From Andalucia godoyi And28 (lineage: Eukaryota; Protista; Jakobida), in contig VRVR01000043.1 in the NCBI GenBank assembly GCA_009859145.1, positions 191,185 to 255,184 of the forward strand: a stretch of 64,000 nt of DNA, in the 5' to 3' direction. Position 1 is the stretch's first letter; every line of letters starts with the position of its first letter. The position numbers were made by a program, and so were the translations under genes. This document shows positions 1 through 12,633 of this stretch, piece by piece. Under the pieces are notes generated by a model. It searched no databases. It had not been told where the DNA came from and saw only the letters and a program-made list of their open reading frames with translations.

Positions 1-1
1 T

Positions 2-703
2 TTGCACGAAGTACAGCACGTCTTCTCCGCGCAAGTGGTCGAAGCACTTGAGCTTTCGGATGGCTCGGAGTGTCTCGATCGCCTGGACACTCCTGGCAAG
101 CTGGGTCTGTTGGTGAGATTGGTATGCACTTCTGTCGTATTACACGGCGCATCCGCGCTTCGTTCCCGGTACGGTGTTTCCGTGGAGCAGATTGAAGTGT
201 ATTCAAACTCGAAGTCACTAGTCGGACTAGAGAAGATACCCTCGTTGAATGTTTCCTCTAGCATCCTTTTTCACCTGGGAGGGCTCGAAAAGTTTGTCGC
301 ATTCTTTGGCCACCAGCAGCCGGCTTCCGAGCTTGCGAGCGCAGATCTTTCCGAACTGCTTTCCAATGCACACAGTCTTCTTGATCGATTGCAAACGGAT
401 ATGCTTATTGGCCGCTCTGATTTGTCGTTTCATACGCATGGAATTGCTCTTCGAAAACTTCCAGTGCGCAAGCGATCTGCTACAAATCGACGAAAACGCA
501 AAATTCGGCAAATCAAAGAAACAGCAGAATACGACGACGACGACTACGAAGACGATGACGACGATGATGATGACGACGACGACGACGACGACGATGATGA
601 TGAAGACGGCAACGACGGATATCCAGATGAAGATGGCAAAGCTGCAGAGGACGCCAACGACGACGAAGAAACGTCTTTTAATGACAACGGTAAGCGAACG
701 TGA
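2..703 (+). CDS. Hypothetical protein, 5'-truncated by the window edge, with basic NLS-like patch and long Asp/Glu-rich tail
   Basis: ORF open from base 2. RKRSATNRRKRKIR is followed by a poly-Asp tract (GAC/GAT repeats at about 530-605). A GTAAGC donor-like site near 690 means the true 3' end may be spliced. Confidence 0.6.
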   Translation: MHEVQHVFSAQVVEALELSDGSECLDRLDTPGKLGLLVRLVCTSVVLHGASALRSRYGVSVEQIEVYSNSKSLVGLEKIPSLNVSSSILFHLGGLEKFVAFFGHQQPASELASADLSELLSNAHSLLDRLQTDMLIGRSDLSFHTHGIALRKLPVRKRSATNRRKRKIRQIKETAEYDDDDYEDDDDDDDDDDDDDDDDDEDGNDGYPDEDGKAAEDANDDEETSFNDNGKRT

Positions 704-1545
704 TTCTCGGATGACACCAGCGCCGCGTCGCTTTCTGTGAAACCTGTATAGTGAAAAGATTATCCTTCACCCGCGCGATAGCCCCTTGCTTTTCCATTCT
801 TCTCCAGTTCCTTGGATGGATGCGACTGTGCGATCCGCCGCCAGCAGGCTCGGACCTTTCCCCACGCTTCCACGTGTTTTTGCTTTTTTTGCGGGATGCA
901 AGCTGATTTTGAATCCAGCGACAGCCAGGCTGGACTGTGCGGGTGGTGTCTGCGCTTGGATCCTGGAGGAGCATTCGTTACCTCAATGCGTGCAGATTCC
1001 TCGTGGATACAAGCAATGTTTCTAGCGACGATTACCAGACGCCATCACTGGCCATCAGTGCTCTTTCAGTGCTCTATCGCTTCCTCGTTGCGACTTCTCC
1101 ATGTTCCAGTGTGGTCGATTGCCTGCTGCGACGACGTTTGCTCGGTGTTGCCACCAAGTGGATAAACGATGTGGTCCTGCTCGCATGCGGACCAATCGAC
1201 GCGCCATCGGAACGAGTCGACGGAATTGCGTGCAGATTGGAGCACCCTGTGGTCTGCTGCTCACCCTCCCCCCCTCCCCCCTTCCCCTCTCCCCCCCCTT
1301 CTCCCCCTCTCCTCTTCCTCTGATTGAGGTGACATGTTTTGGGAGATTTTCCACCTCGGGGGAAAAACCGAAAGCAAAACGAGACGTGCCGTATCCCCAG
1401 ATTCGCCTTCGTATCTCCTGCCGTCCTCCTTTCGTCCTTCACCCTTCTTTTTTAAAAAATAATATTAACGCGTCTTTCTGCTAGCGGAATTTCTTCGTCT
1501 GTATTGTCAATAACGGAATTTCCAATCTTGCGGGTTGGTTAGCAA

Positions 1546-3871
1546 ATGTCGTTTCCTCCACTGGTATGTTTCGTGTTGTTATAATTCCAACGCATTTTCG
1601 TCACAACCGACTTTCTTCTCGTTCTTTCGGGGGAAGAAAGGAAAAAAAAGAAAAAAATTATAATTATGATAAGCCAACTCTCATTCTCATGTACTCTCAC
1701 TCGCTCACTTCCTCTCTCTTGTTTTTGTCCATATCCAGGGTATTAATTTGAATTTGCTGCAGCCCAATGCGAGCTCTTCTTTCGGTCTGAGCCCAGCGGA
1801 CGGCGTGTCGAACTCGCCTCACCAGGATACCACGGGTTCAGGAACACCGATTTGGCAGCGGCGGTTGTCGGCATCTGTGCGAAGCAATGAGACTTTTCTG
1901 AAGCTGAAAATTGACTCGGATGAGATGGAGGTTCCGCCACCTCAGCCGCAGCACCATCACCATCACCAGCACCAGCACCAGCACCAGCACCAGCACCAGC
2001 ACCAACAGCAGCATCAATATCAGCAACAAAATCAGCATCAACATCAGCAACAAAATCAGCATCAACATCTGCATCCGCATGGGCATCCTCTGTCGTCCAT
2101 CGTGTCACCAGGAAACAACACCTCCATCGGGGTCAATGGCGCCGTTCTGCATAATAGTAGCGCGTCTGCAGCACATGCGCATTTGGGCTACCAATCTCCT
2201 ACCACCGCTGCTGGACTGCAGTTTCTGAGTCCGAAACATTTTGCAAATCTGTCTCTGTGCTCCCCGACCGGTTCCGACTCGTCTGTGGATTCCGTCGGGT
2301 CGTTCCTTTCTCCTTCTTCATTCCAAGCGGCCAGTTTGCTCAACCCTATGAATTCTTGGTTTATTGCAGGGTGGGATCGATCCGAAGCGGTCTTTTCGCC
2401 GCAGCAAGGCCATTCAGGTGTTACAGATGCACATGCAGTGCAGTGGATGCAGCTAGCCGCAGCAGTCCAGCAGCAACAACAACAACAGCAACAGCAGCAG
2501 CAGCAGCAGCAGCAACAACAACAGGAACAACAGCAGCAACAACAACAGCAGCAATATTATCAGCGTCAGCATGAACAACTGTTGCAGCAACATGTTCCGC
2601 AGCAGGTGCAGCAACAAGCACAGCAAGAGCAGTATCATCCGACAATGCAGAGTCGGTTGTCGCGTGATTCTGCAGTGGAGGACGAAGATGCATTTTTGAA
2701 CATTCCGGAAGCGACTCCACAAGGAGGTCCGACCACTGAGCTGTTTGTTCCTCCACTTTCGAGCCTAGAGTACGGATTACCCGGGTCTGAGCCGATGCAT
2801 CCAGCGCAGCAAACGGACTCGTTCCAGAGTTTTTTCGACACTCTTGCTTCTTCCCATTTAGAGATTGACTCGCAGCGCGAAAGCTTGGTGATTCCTCCTG
2901 TGCTGTCCGCACAAGCTCGCGCAAGATCAAAGTCCGGGGGATCGCGGATGGTCACGTCTGCTTCTGCACTGGAAGCCATGCAGGATGTGCCGCAGGTCGC
3001 GGAAAATGCAGGCAGCTTCCATGAAACAACTCCTTCGCGCCGGGCCCATTCAGGGCCAGCTTTGGATCGCGCAAGTTCGGAAGACGGAATGGCGACGATG
3101 ATGCATCACGATACACACACGAGTTCCGTGTCCTTCCAAATTCCTGCGTCCACTTCGTCCCATTCTCCGGCAAGCGGGGTGTTTTCCAACACGCGACCGT
3201 CTTCCCAGTCCATCGGAGGCCGAGTCTGGCGCGTCGAATTCAGCGTACCAGACTTTGATGCCTCAAAGTACCTGTATTTTGAGCTGCGCACTCTGAAGTC
3301 GCTGTTCCCCGTGTTTCCAGACGTCCTGTACACCCGACGACGGTACAAGCTCTCCGTGTCGATCACGCTTCCGAACTTCGGCCGCGTTCCAAACCTCGTC
3401 ATGCTGTTTGGAATTGTCGATTCAACTGTGAAGTATACATGTGATGACATTATTCCCCGAACAGGCGCGTATGTCGATGAGCATGGAAGCGCCTGTTTTA
3501 AGCTCTTTTTACGCAAGAAGAAGTCGTCTCTCTCTGGCAACGCGTCGACAGCCACCACCATCTCTTCTTCTTCAGCCGCATCCACGGCAACGAACACTCC
3601 CGTTACGAATGCTACTAATTCTTCGTCAATGCCAACTGCGACCACCGGCTCGAATCCCAGCATGTCGCCTGCCGCCGACGTTTCGCCAATCCCCGTCAGT
3701 CCGACTTCCATTGCAAGCACCGAGTACCGGCTGTACATTGCCCTCGGCTTTGCTCGGCCTGAAATGCCGCTCACCGAGCAGTGTGTCCCCGCCGTCAGCG
3801 AACTACAGTCCGTCGCAGCTCTCGCCACCTCTCCGCCATTTCGCATCGTCCAAGCCCTCGTCGCCGAGTAG
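1546..3871 (+). CDS. Gln/His-rich protein with C-terminal beta-rich globular domain, putative transcription factor; join(1546..1563,1739..3871)
   Basis: The ORF track starts at a TTG (1748). ATG 1546 gives MSFPPL, then donor GTATGT at 1564, an AT-rich intron and acceptor CCAG at 1738, rejoining in frame (GINLNLLQP...). Poly-Q and HQ repeats precede an ordered domain ending TSPPFRIV. Confidence 0.75.
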
Positions 3872-4304
3872 CAGCGGCACCACGCCGTACATATGCGCTT
3901 CCCCCCGGTGTCACAACTCCCAGACTACTGCTACATAAAAAACATAAATACCAAATAATAAAATAAGTTAAAAACATGGAGAGAGAATAACTTCTGTAGT
4001 GCGGAAGTTGCAAAAAATAAAGTAAATTAATTACACAAAAAACGTGTCACTGAGTGTCATGTCACCACCACCCCTTGCATTTTTTTTTTTGGCTCAGTCA
4101 GTCATACTGTCAGTTCTGTCATTCCTTGAGTCGCCCTCTGTTTTCTGAAATTGTCGTGTCTCCGCATTTTTCCCGGTTTTTCCAACTTTTCCGCTTTTTC
4201 CGTCTTTGCTTTTTCTTCATCTTGTTTTTCTCGTCTTGATGATTTCAGCGGCTCGCTACTTGGTAAAAAGACGGGCTGCAGGTTTCGCGGGTCACTAGTA
4301 AGCG

Positions 4305-4761
4305 ATGGCACAGTACAGTACGACCGCGGGGTACTTGGCGGTGGTGACGGCGATTCTATTTTTCGGGTCTTTTGCGACGCCGCTGAAGAGAAAGTCGGTT
4401 GTGAAGCTGCATGTGGACCCGCTTGTGATGCAGCTCTACATGATGGTTTCGATCTTCCTGTGCAACTGGCTGTCGCTAGCAGCCGACCCCAACTTTGAGT
4501 TTTCCGTGTTTGGCTTCTACTCGGCAGCAATGTGGGTTCCGGGAAACGTGTTTGCAGTGCTCGCAATCCGATTTCTCGGTCTCGGAGTCGCCCAGGGAAC
4601 CTGGTCTGGGCTCATCATGCTCGTGTCGTTTGTCTGGGGAGTCACGGCCTTTGGACAAACTGTCAAGTCAGTCGTAGGGGCAGTATTTGGCCTGTTTCTG
4701 CTGGTTGCCGGTGCCGCTGGTCTTGGCATGGTTCCCTCTGACCCGTCCACATCCTCATCTG

Positions 4762-4828
<67 letters not shown>

Positions 4829-5426
4829 CTCGAATGGATACGGTCATGACCGTGACCAAGGTTCTGAGGCGTCAAAGTTGCTACTTCCGAGTACTGCTGC
4901 TGCTGGTATTGCGTCTAAGCAGGATGCAGCTGCCGTTGCTGGTGCAAAGAACAAGGTGATTGGAGCGTTTTGCTGCTCGATGACGGGGCTGCTGGCAGGT
5001 ACAACAATGATTCCTGCGCGATTCAATTCAGACGCGTCCATCAACTTTGTTGCGTCGTTTGGGATTGGAGTGCTGATTGTCACGCCGATTGTGGCGATAG
5101 TGTGGTTCACAACGCGGTACATCATGCTCAAGAAGAAGGGACAGGCACACTTGTTTAAAATCGAATTTCACCCCAAGGAAGCTGCGTTGCCGGGCTTGTT
5201 GTGCGGTGTGCTGTGGAGCATAGGAAATGCAGGAGCGACGATTGCCGTGATGTCGCCGTTGGGACTCACCATTGGTTATCCGCTATCCCAGGTTGCCATG
5301 GTGGTTTCAGGGCTTTGGGGAATCGTGGTCTTCCGAGAAGTGCGCGGCTGGAAGCACATTTCCATGTTTGCTGTCTTTGCCATGGTCGTCCTTGGAGGAG
5401 CTGCATTATTAGCCCTGTTTGGATGA
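4305..5426 (+). CDS. TMEM144: TMEM144 / sugar-transport (DMT superfamily) multipass membrane protein
   Basis: About 10 hydrophobic helices in two repeats. Motifs FFGSFATPLK, DPLVMQLY, GLGVAQGTWSG and GLWGIVVFREV match the TMEM144 family. Confidence 0.85.
4758..4829 (+). repeat. (TCTGGC)12 coding microsatellite encoding a Ser-Gly linker
   Basis: Perfect hexamer repeat in the loop between the two transporter halves. Confidence 0.95.
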
Positions 5427-5530
5427 CAGCGCTTTTCCGGCCCCTTCATGTACCATGTTGTTTATTGTTCTCTGGCGCATGTACGTTTGTCTTTTCTTTT
5501 AATATTAATATCATTATTGTTTTGCTGTTG

Positions 5531-8500
5531 TTATTCGGGATTCAATGGCTTCCGGCGATGCATGATGATCTTCCTCAATGTTGTAAAGATCATCGCTGCA
5601 ACAGTAATCAGACCCACCAGCACATTGACACACACGGCTCCCGCTTGCGCGATCGAAATAATGTAGATGGTCGTCTCCATCTGTGCCGAGGTTCGGCCTA
5701 GATAGGCCACTGGGAATGTCGCCATGAGCGTTCCAAGGTCAAAAATCGAGTTGAAGAAGAAGAGATACTTATCAGTGGCATCGTGAAAAGGCTTCTTCAC
5801 GGCAGCGAGCCCTATGCGCAAGAAGTCAACAAGACAGACGAGAGACAGCTGGAGAACAGGGTCGATGGCACAATAGTCACCGACGACCACAATGCAGGCA
5901 TCCAGGAGTGTGCACAAGATCATCCATGCATCGAACCACAATGCATGCGACGCATACGGCTCAAAATACAGCGCGGTGAAGGAAACCCGTTTTTGACACT
6001 GCTCTGCCGTCGTTGTCGTTACATCGCTGCTGGATTTGGCGGCCTGCATCCGATGCCAGACAGGCATGGCAATCAAGAAGCCAATCAGCGCTGCAGCAAG
6101 GCACACCAAGCTCAAAAACGACTGAAATACGGCAGACGTGTTGAACAGCAGTTGCACAAGTCCAGTGACAAAGAGTGGAAAGAGAACAGCGGTCAGCATG
6201 CTCAGTGTGATCATGTACAGTAGTCGGTACATGAACCCCAGCACAAGTGCTCTTCGTCGCGAGCCCTCCGATGATGTCTTGTTGCTGCCATCGGGAGGAG
6301 CAGCAGTAGCGGTGGTAGTAGCAGCAGCAGTTGTCGTTGTTGCGGTTGGGGTATTACCGTGTTCACTCTTGGGCATGCTCCCCATCGCACAGTCGTCTCG
6401 CACAATGAACGATGATTCATATGACATCGTGGAAGAAAGCGATGTCGGCTCGTCAAATCGGAGCCTGTCTATGATGTCTCCATTTCCATCACGACCACTA
6501 GTGTGATCAGTGTCGTCCGTCAGCTCACAGACTGCATATGGATTATCATGAAATGTGACCCGCGAGCGCTCTTTGAGAAACCCCCGCTTTGCAAAAAGCC
6601 TTCCTTTCTGCGTCTGAGCGTTTGCAATCTCTTCCAGCACCGCAGATAGCCGTTTCATGTCAGCTGGAGAAATGCCAGAGCTCGTTCGAGATCGTGGGGG
6701 TTGAGTTTGGGGTTGAGTCTGAGTTTGGGATTGAGATTGAGAGTCTATGGAGCCCGAGTCGGCGCTGCCCTGATTCAGAGGAGAAAGCCTCGGAGTGCAT
6801 CCACCTTGTCGAGCGACGCTAGGGGACGCAGGTGGAAATTGTGTGGCAAAGAGCTGAGATGGAGACTGAAGATAAGCGCCTGGAAGCTTCGACGACGCAC
6901 CATCAAGGATCATCGGCGGAAGACGGTTTCTCGTACGTACGCCAATGAGCGGGGAGTCCGAGACGTGATCGAAAGACTCCGTCCGCACATCAACCAGTAG
7001 TCCTGGGCGAATCGCGGACGCCTCGCGATGCAGGGTCCGTTGCATTGGCGTCTGATCCTCAAGATCACCTGGTGCATTTTCGACTGGAGTGCTCGATTCG
7101 ATAGGTGATCTGGAGTGCATTAAAGGCGTAACAGAGGTCGACTTTCGCCCGAACGTCGCGCCTAATCGTAAGAAGCTCCTGAGCTTGGTTCGAAGGAACG
7201 ACTGCCGGCGAGCGAGTTCTTTCACCAAGAATCCCTGAATGATGCGCATGATGAGAAACAAATTGAAAATAACAAACATCGAGAACATAAACGCAAGGAA
7301 CAGCGATTCAAACGACTCGCTAAAGGTTCCATGCGCGTTCTTCAAGAAGATCTTCAGGCTGGAATCCGTTTCGTAGTCCACTTCCTGTGTTGCATATCCA
7401 ATTGGATCCCCGACGTCTCGGAGGAATCCGATTTGGAAACCAAACAAGATCACGCTGAATCCTTGGACAAACACCTCGATGTACCACAGCGGAAACTCCA
7501 CTCGCAGACATGCAAAACGAACAAGGTTTTGAATTGCGTCCAGGACTTGCAGCGACGAGCCGGATGCAGAGGACGACGCTACGGCTGACGATGCGGCAGC
7601 TCCCGAAACCGCTTGCGATGCATCTCCGTAGGAATCTCCGCCCACGGGAGGCAGCTTATCCGGGATAGTTGGAGGAGGCGCAGGAAGCGGAGGAGGAGAG
7701 GGAGTTCCCTGCGGAGGATCACAGGACGGTAGCGTCGCATTGTCGTTGTTGCACACATCACACGCTTCTCCCTTGAATCGTGGGTCGCATACACACAGGC
7801 CCAGAGGCGAACAGTAGCCGTGCCCGGAGCACGTCGTATTCGACTGGCAGAATCTTGAACACTGACTCACGCCATCACTGTTGTTCATAGAGGATACTTG
7901 TGGAAACAGATTAGCCCGACACACGTTGCATTGGCTGCCGGTAAAATTCAAAGAGCACTTGCACGAGCCATTCAGGTTGCAGATCCCGTGACCTGAGCAA
8001 TTGCTGACGGGATCACAGTATACATTGCAAATCCCACTCGGGTAGCGATTTGAAAGACACGCAGTGCAGTTCGACGACCGAGCGGAAGTGGCCGTACCAA
8101 AGCCTTCTGGGCACGCGATGCATGTGAAATCCGTTTCAATTCCATTTGAATACGTGTTCACAGGACACTCAATGCATCTACTCTGGTCGTCACTCGGAGC
8201 AGTGCCGGGTTCGCACAGATGACACTGTGGCAGCGTCTGATTCGATATCGAGCCCAGTCGACATTTTACGCACGACGTCCTGTTCACGTTCGGTTCAAAG
8301 CCATCGGAACAAGAAACGCACCCTCCCACCATGGTCTCATTTCTCACCTTTCCAGATTCGCAAGCAGCACATCCGTCTCCCTGGCTGGAAATCTCCGTTC
8401 CAGCAGGGCATTGCAGACACAGACCTTTGAGATTCAAGTCCGAGCCGTTGTAGTAGTACGAATGTTCTGCACAGGGCACACAAAACGACTGGTTCAACGA

Positions 8501-11500
8501 CGGTTCAAATCCAAATGAGCAGAACGTACAGTTGAATTGCGTTGATGCATTTGAATAAGTGTTGGTCGAGCAGCGAACGCACGAACCATTCGGCGCATGT
8601 CCAAAGCCGGAGTTGCACAAAACAGCAGCAGCAGGAACACTGCAATTCGAAGCACTACAGTTTTGCAGCGCCTCCGTTGCACTGGTAATGTTGCACGCAC
8701 TACGATCTTCAATGCTTGACCAACCATCGGGGCAACGAGCACACAAGAATCCAGTGGAGGTATTCGAATAGAATCCTTGCGCGCACGCCATGCATCGAGA
8801 TTGGTTGGCGGACGGCTGCTGTCCAGGTCCGCAGACACTGCAAATGAACGACGTAGAAGAGTTCGAATACGACCCGGCTGGGCAGGACACGCAGTCTGCT
8901 CGCTCCATATTTGGTTCCGTACCAGAAGCGCAAGGAGCACATGACCCGTTCGACTGTGTGTGGCCAAGAGCTGAAAACCTCCCAAGGGGGCATGCTACGC
9001 ACGATGTTGAGTACAAGGGCATGAATCCTGCTGGACAAAACGAACAAATGGGCACTGTTTCATTGGAAAACATGTTATCAGAACAAGAAACGCAAGCATC
9101 GTTCACGAGTTCTTTGCCAGCAGGACACCGGCTGCAAAGGATTGACGACAAGTTGAAGAATTCATGAGCACCGCAAACAACGGGAACACAGCGGGCACGA
9201 TCTTCCGTGGCCAGGCTTCCGGGTTCACAAACGGCGCACACGTATCGGGATGACGCATTTGAGAATGAATTACCATCACATCTTTCGCACACGGATCTAT
9301 CTGCCGACGACTCGTGTCCATCTGGACAAGAAATGCAAAGGCCATTTGTGGATGAATTGGAGTACGATTCTCGCCCACAGAGAACACAAGCACTGTTGTC
9401 AGGCATAGGTTGGTGCCCCGTCGGACACTGAAGGCAAGAAAACGACGTGGTCGAATTGGAGTACATATTCGATGCACACGCGATGCAAGAACTTTGATTC
9501 TCGGAGGGCTCATATCCAGCAGAGCAGTAGTCGCAAACACCATTTGCAGAATCGTTAGAAAACATGCCTCTTGGACAACGTATGCAGTATGACCTGTCCA
9601 ATTCGGGATAAAGGCCCGGTGGACATCCCAAACAGACGAAACTGGTCGACGCATTGGAGTACATGTTGAGTGGGCAGACGGCACACGATGTGCGGTCGTC
9701 GCTCGGCTGGTTCCCCGGAGGGCATGCTGTGCAGACACCAGACGTTGATGCATTGGAGTACATGTTGAGTGGGCAGACGGCACACGATGTGCGGTCGTCG
9801 CTCGGCTGGTTCCCCGGAGGGCATGCTGCGCAGACACCAGACGTTGATGCGTTGGAGTACATGTTGAGTGGGCACACGGCACACGATGTGCGGTCGTCGC
9901 TCGGCTGGTTCCCTGGAGGGCATGCTGCGCAGACACCAGACGTTGATGCGTTGGAGTACATGTTGAGTGGGCACACGGCACACGATGTGCGGTCGTCGCT
10001 CGGCTGGTTCCCCGGAGGGCATGCTGTGCAGACACCAGACGTTGATGCGTTGGAGTACAGTGGTGAGTGGGCACACGGCACACGATGTGCGGTCGTCGCT
10101 CGGCTGGTTCCCCGGAGGGCATGCTGTGCAGACACCAGACGTTGATGCGTTGGAGTACATGTTGAGTGGGCACACGGCACACGATGTGCGGTCGTCGCTC
10201 GGCTGGTTCCCCGGAGGGCATGCTGCGCAGACACCAGACGTTGATGCATTGGAGTACATGTTGAGTGGGCACACGGCACACGATGTGCGGTCGTCGCTCG
10301 GCTGGTTCCCCGGAGGGCATGCCGTGCAAATAAAACTGGTAGATATATTCGAGAATAAATTGCTTGGGCACGGTTCGCAGAATTGCTGACTGGAGCTAGG
10401 CTGAAAGCCAGAGTCGCACAATGCGCATCGATTCATTGTGGACGAATTGGAGAATTGATTGGACGGACATGAGACGCAAGAGGATGCTCCAGCGGAGGGC
10501 TCTAAACCATCTTCACAGGTCATGCAAATGCCGCTGCTAAGGACAGAATTGGAAAAACGTCCAGAGGGACAAGTCGAGCACGAAGATCGGTCTGCAGTAG
10601 GCTCTGAGCCGTTGACGCAGTATGTACAGACAAAGCCAGTGGAAGCATTGGAGTACTTGCCCAGTGCGCATTGCAAGCATGCTTCGACGGGAAAGAAAGA
10701 GACGGTTGACCCGGACGGACAGTCGTTGCTGCAGTCTCCTGTTGGATACCTGGCCAAACTGCACAGCGAGCAGTCGTTTGCTCCAGAGTGATTTGGATCG
10801 CACACACATTGTCCTGAGGCATTGCAAACACCGTGCGAGGAGCAGCTAATCTGTGCATCGCAGAACACATCGCATGATGCGCCATAGTAGTGATTCGAAC
10901 ACTGGGAGCAGTTCGCTCCCGCATATCGAGCTGGGCACGTAACCGAGACGACTTTGGTGTCGATGCTGACACCTGTAGGAAACCATTGGATTTGCGACCC
11001 CGATACGGCACGAGCAGACAGCGATGCCGTTCCTTGGCTGAGCCCCAATACCGGCACACTAGCAACCTTGTTTGTATTACTGATTGTCACAGATGGCACC
11101 TGAAACGTCGCCACTGTTGAATTCGACGATGCAAGCGAGAGAACAACCGTGCACGGAGCGAACTCGACAGAGCACGGAGACCGATACAGGGATATTTCGA
11201 CAGTGTATACAGATGCCTGGCCAGAAAGAGAGAGCACTCCTGCATTCACCGTCATGCTGATGATGTTTGTGACTGTGAGTTGGAGCACAGGTCGCAGCGA
11301 CGCAGATGCCAGCGGACTCCAGATAGACGCTGTGGTACTGCTCGCCGAGTGTATCCTCAATCCAAAATTGCGATTCGCAGATACAGTCCAGAACATTGCG
11401 GACGGCGTAATGTCCACAGTGATTGGAATGTTTGCAGTAGGAGACCCCGGAAACGCAGGAAGATTTCCCGGCAAAGCAGTGGCGGAAGGCTGGTTTGACC

Positions 11501-11888
11501 ACGTTATGCTTGACGAAGTCCAGCTCGATGTTACGTTGTACAACGTAAACGGCCCACCGCTGTTGTTTTCAAACGTAAAGATGAGCGATGCCGCCACGAT
11601 GTACGACGAGCTTGCAACACACTCAAACACATTTCGTACGCGGAAAACACTCCGAAGCTCGCTTATCAGCAGCGCACTGTCTCGCGCCTGCATCCTCGTC
11701 GTAATCGTGCTGCTCGACAGCAGCCCGTCGTCCACCTGCGCAAAGTCCATCGCAGATTGATCCAGCGGGAACTGGACCGTCGTCGTCGACTGAGCTCTTA
11801 CGCAGTCATGCATCAGCACCAGCAGTAGTACAGTGCACACAACACCGCAGCACCCAGTGCGGCTGTTCCGCTTCATTATCGCCACCAT
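5531..11888 (-). CDS. Large Cys-rich multipass receptor-like protein (signal peptide, DNRLRE-like domain, EGF and furin/GCC2-GCC3-like repeats, Pro-rich stalk, TM bundle), split by a 1-nt frameshift near 10060
   Basis: ORFs 9555..11918 and 5531..10279 are two halves of one gene that switch frame inside the 99-bp array. First ATG 11888 precedes a hydrophobic signal. WTSSSITWSNQP..NFGLRI..RPVLQL is DNRLRE-like. Many CxxCPxG and CSGHGxC repeats occur, and several C-terminal TM helices flank a long Ser/Gln-rich loop. Confidence 0.8.
9651..10326 (-). repeat. Near-identical 99-bp (33-aa) tandem array, about 7 units
   Basis: Units start at 9651, 9750, 9849, 9948, 10047, 10147 and 10246 and encode CPPGNQPSDDRTSCAVCPLNMYSNASTSGVC(T/A)A. 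The unit at 10047 is 100 bp. Confidence 0.95.
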
Positions 11889-12633
11889 TATTCCATGGCC
11901 TTCGACTTTCTCGTTCACTTTTTTTCACTTCTTTTCCTTCTTCTTCCTCTTCTTTAGTGGATGAACGTGGTTTTTGGAGTCTGCGGGTTGTGCAACCCCG
12001 GGGTTCCCGAGTCCAGTCTGTTCTCAACTAGAAAGAATGAGGACCCAACAGTCAACACCTAACAGCGAATGCCGCGTCTGACTGCATCTCCACACCCACT
12101 GTGCCCGTGCAGTCGCTCACCAACAACACGTCCGACGATGCAGACCTGGTTTCCCTCGCTTACGACGCTCGAAGCATTCCGTCAGCACTTTGCCTGGACG
12201 TCGGTGGACAAGCGATGCGACGGACTGACGACTATGTTTTGCAAAGTTTCCTCATTTCAGCATTCTTGTTTCAGCAGCAACCTCCGCTTTGCTCGGACGC
12301 ACACTTGAAAAAGCACCTTACGGTAGGAATGACAACGGAGGAATGACAAATGACAACGGAAGAATGACAAATTGATGGAGGAGTGCTTTGTATTCTGCAA
12401 TAGCATTTTGAAAAAACCCTGGGCGCACTTCGGGATAACTAACCCCCTGCTGCTGCAAATCAAACCAATGCAATGCACACTGGAGCGACCATGGACTTTT
12501 CAAGCGGTTTTCCCCCTCCATTTTCAATTATACGGATTCTTGGTACAATTCAACACTTATTATTATTATTAGAGCGTCGAATTCTGATTTGCTGTTATTA
12601 TTATTATTTAAATTTAGATTTGATTGTGGAATA

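Noticed and set aside
953-975. LRLDPGGAFVT as a RuvC-I motif of another Fanzor
   Set aside because: No downstream helix, Zn ribbon or DRD..NI motif in the same orientation; likely chance.
704-1100. Alternative genetic code (TAA/TAG or TGA read-through) suggested by in-frame stops
   Set aside because: Well-supported genes end in TAA (DBT, SETD6), TAG (RRP12, SIN1) and TGA (TMEM144, LRRC9), so the standard code applies, and read-through gives no recognisable protein.
9651-10326. Regular repeat array as a CRISPR array
   Set aside because: Units are contiguous 99-bp coding repeats with no unique spacers.
9103-10371. Overlapping long ORFs (9103..10371, 9654..10145 and similar) as separate genes
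   Set aside because: These are alternative frames and antisense shadows of the tandem array.
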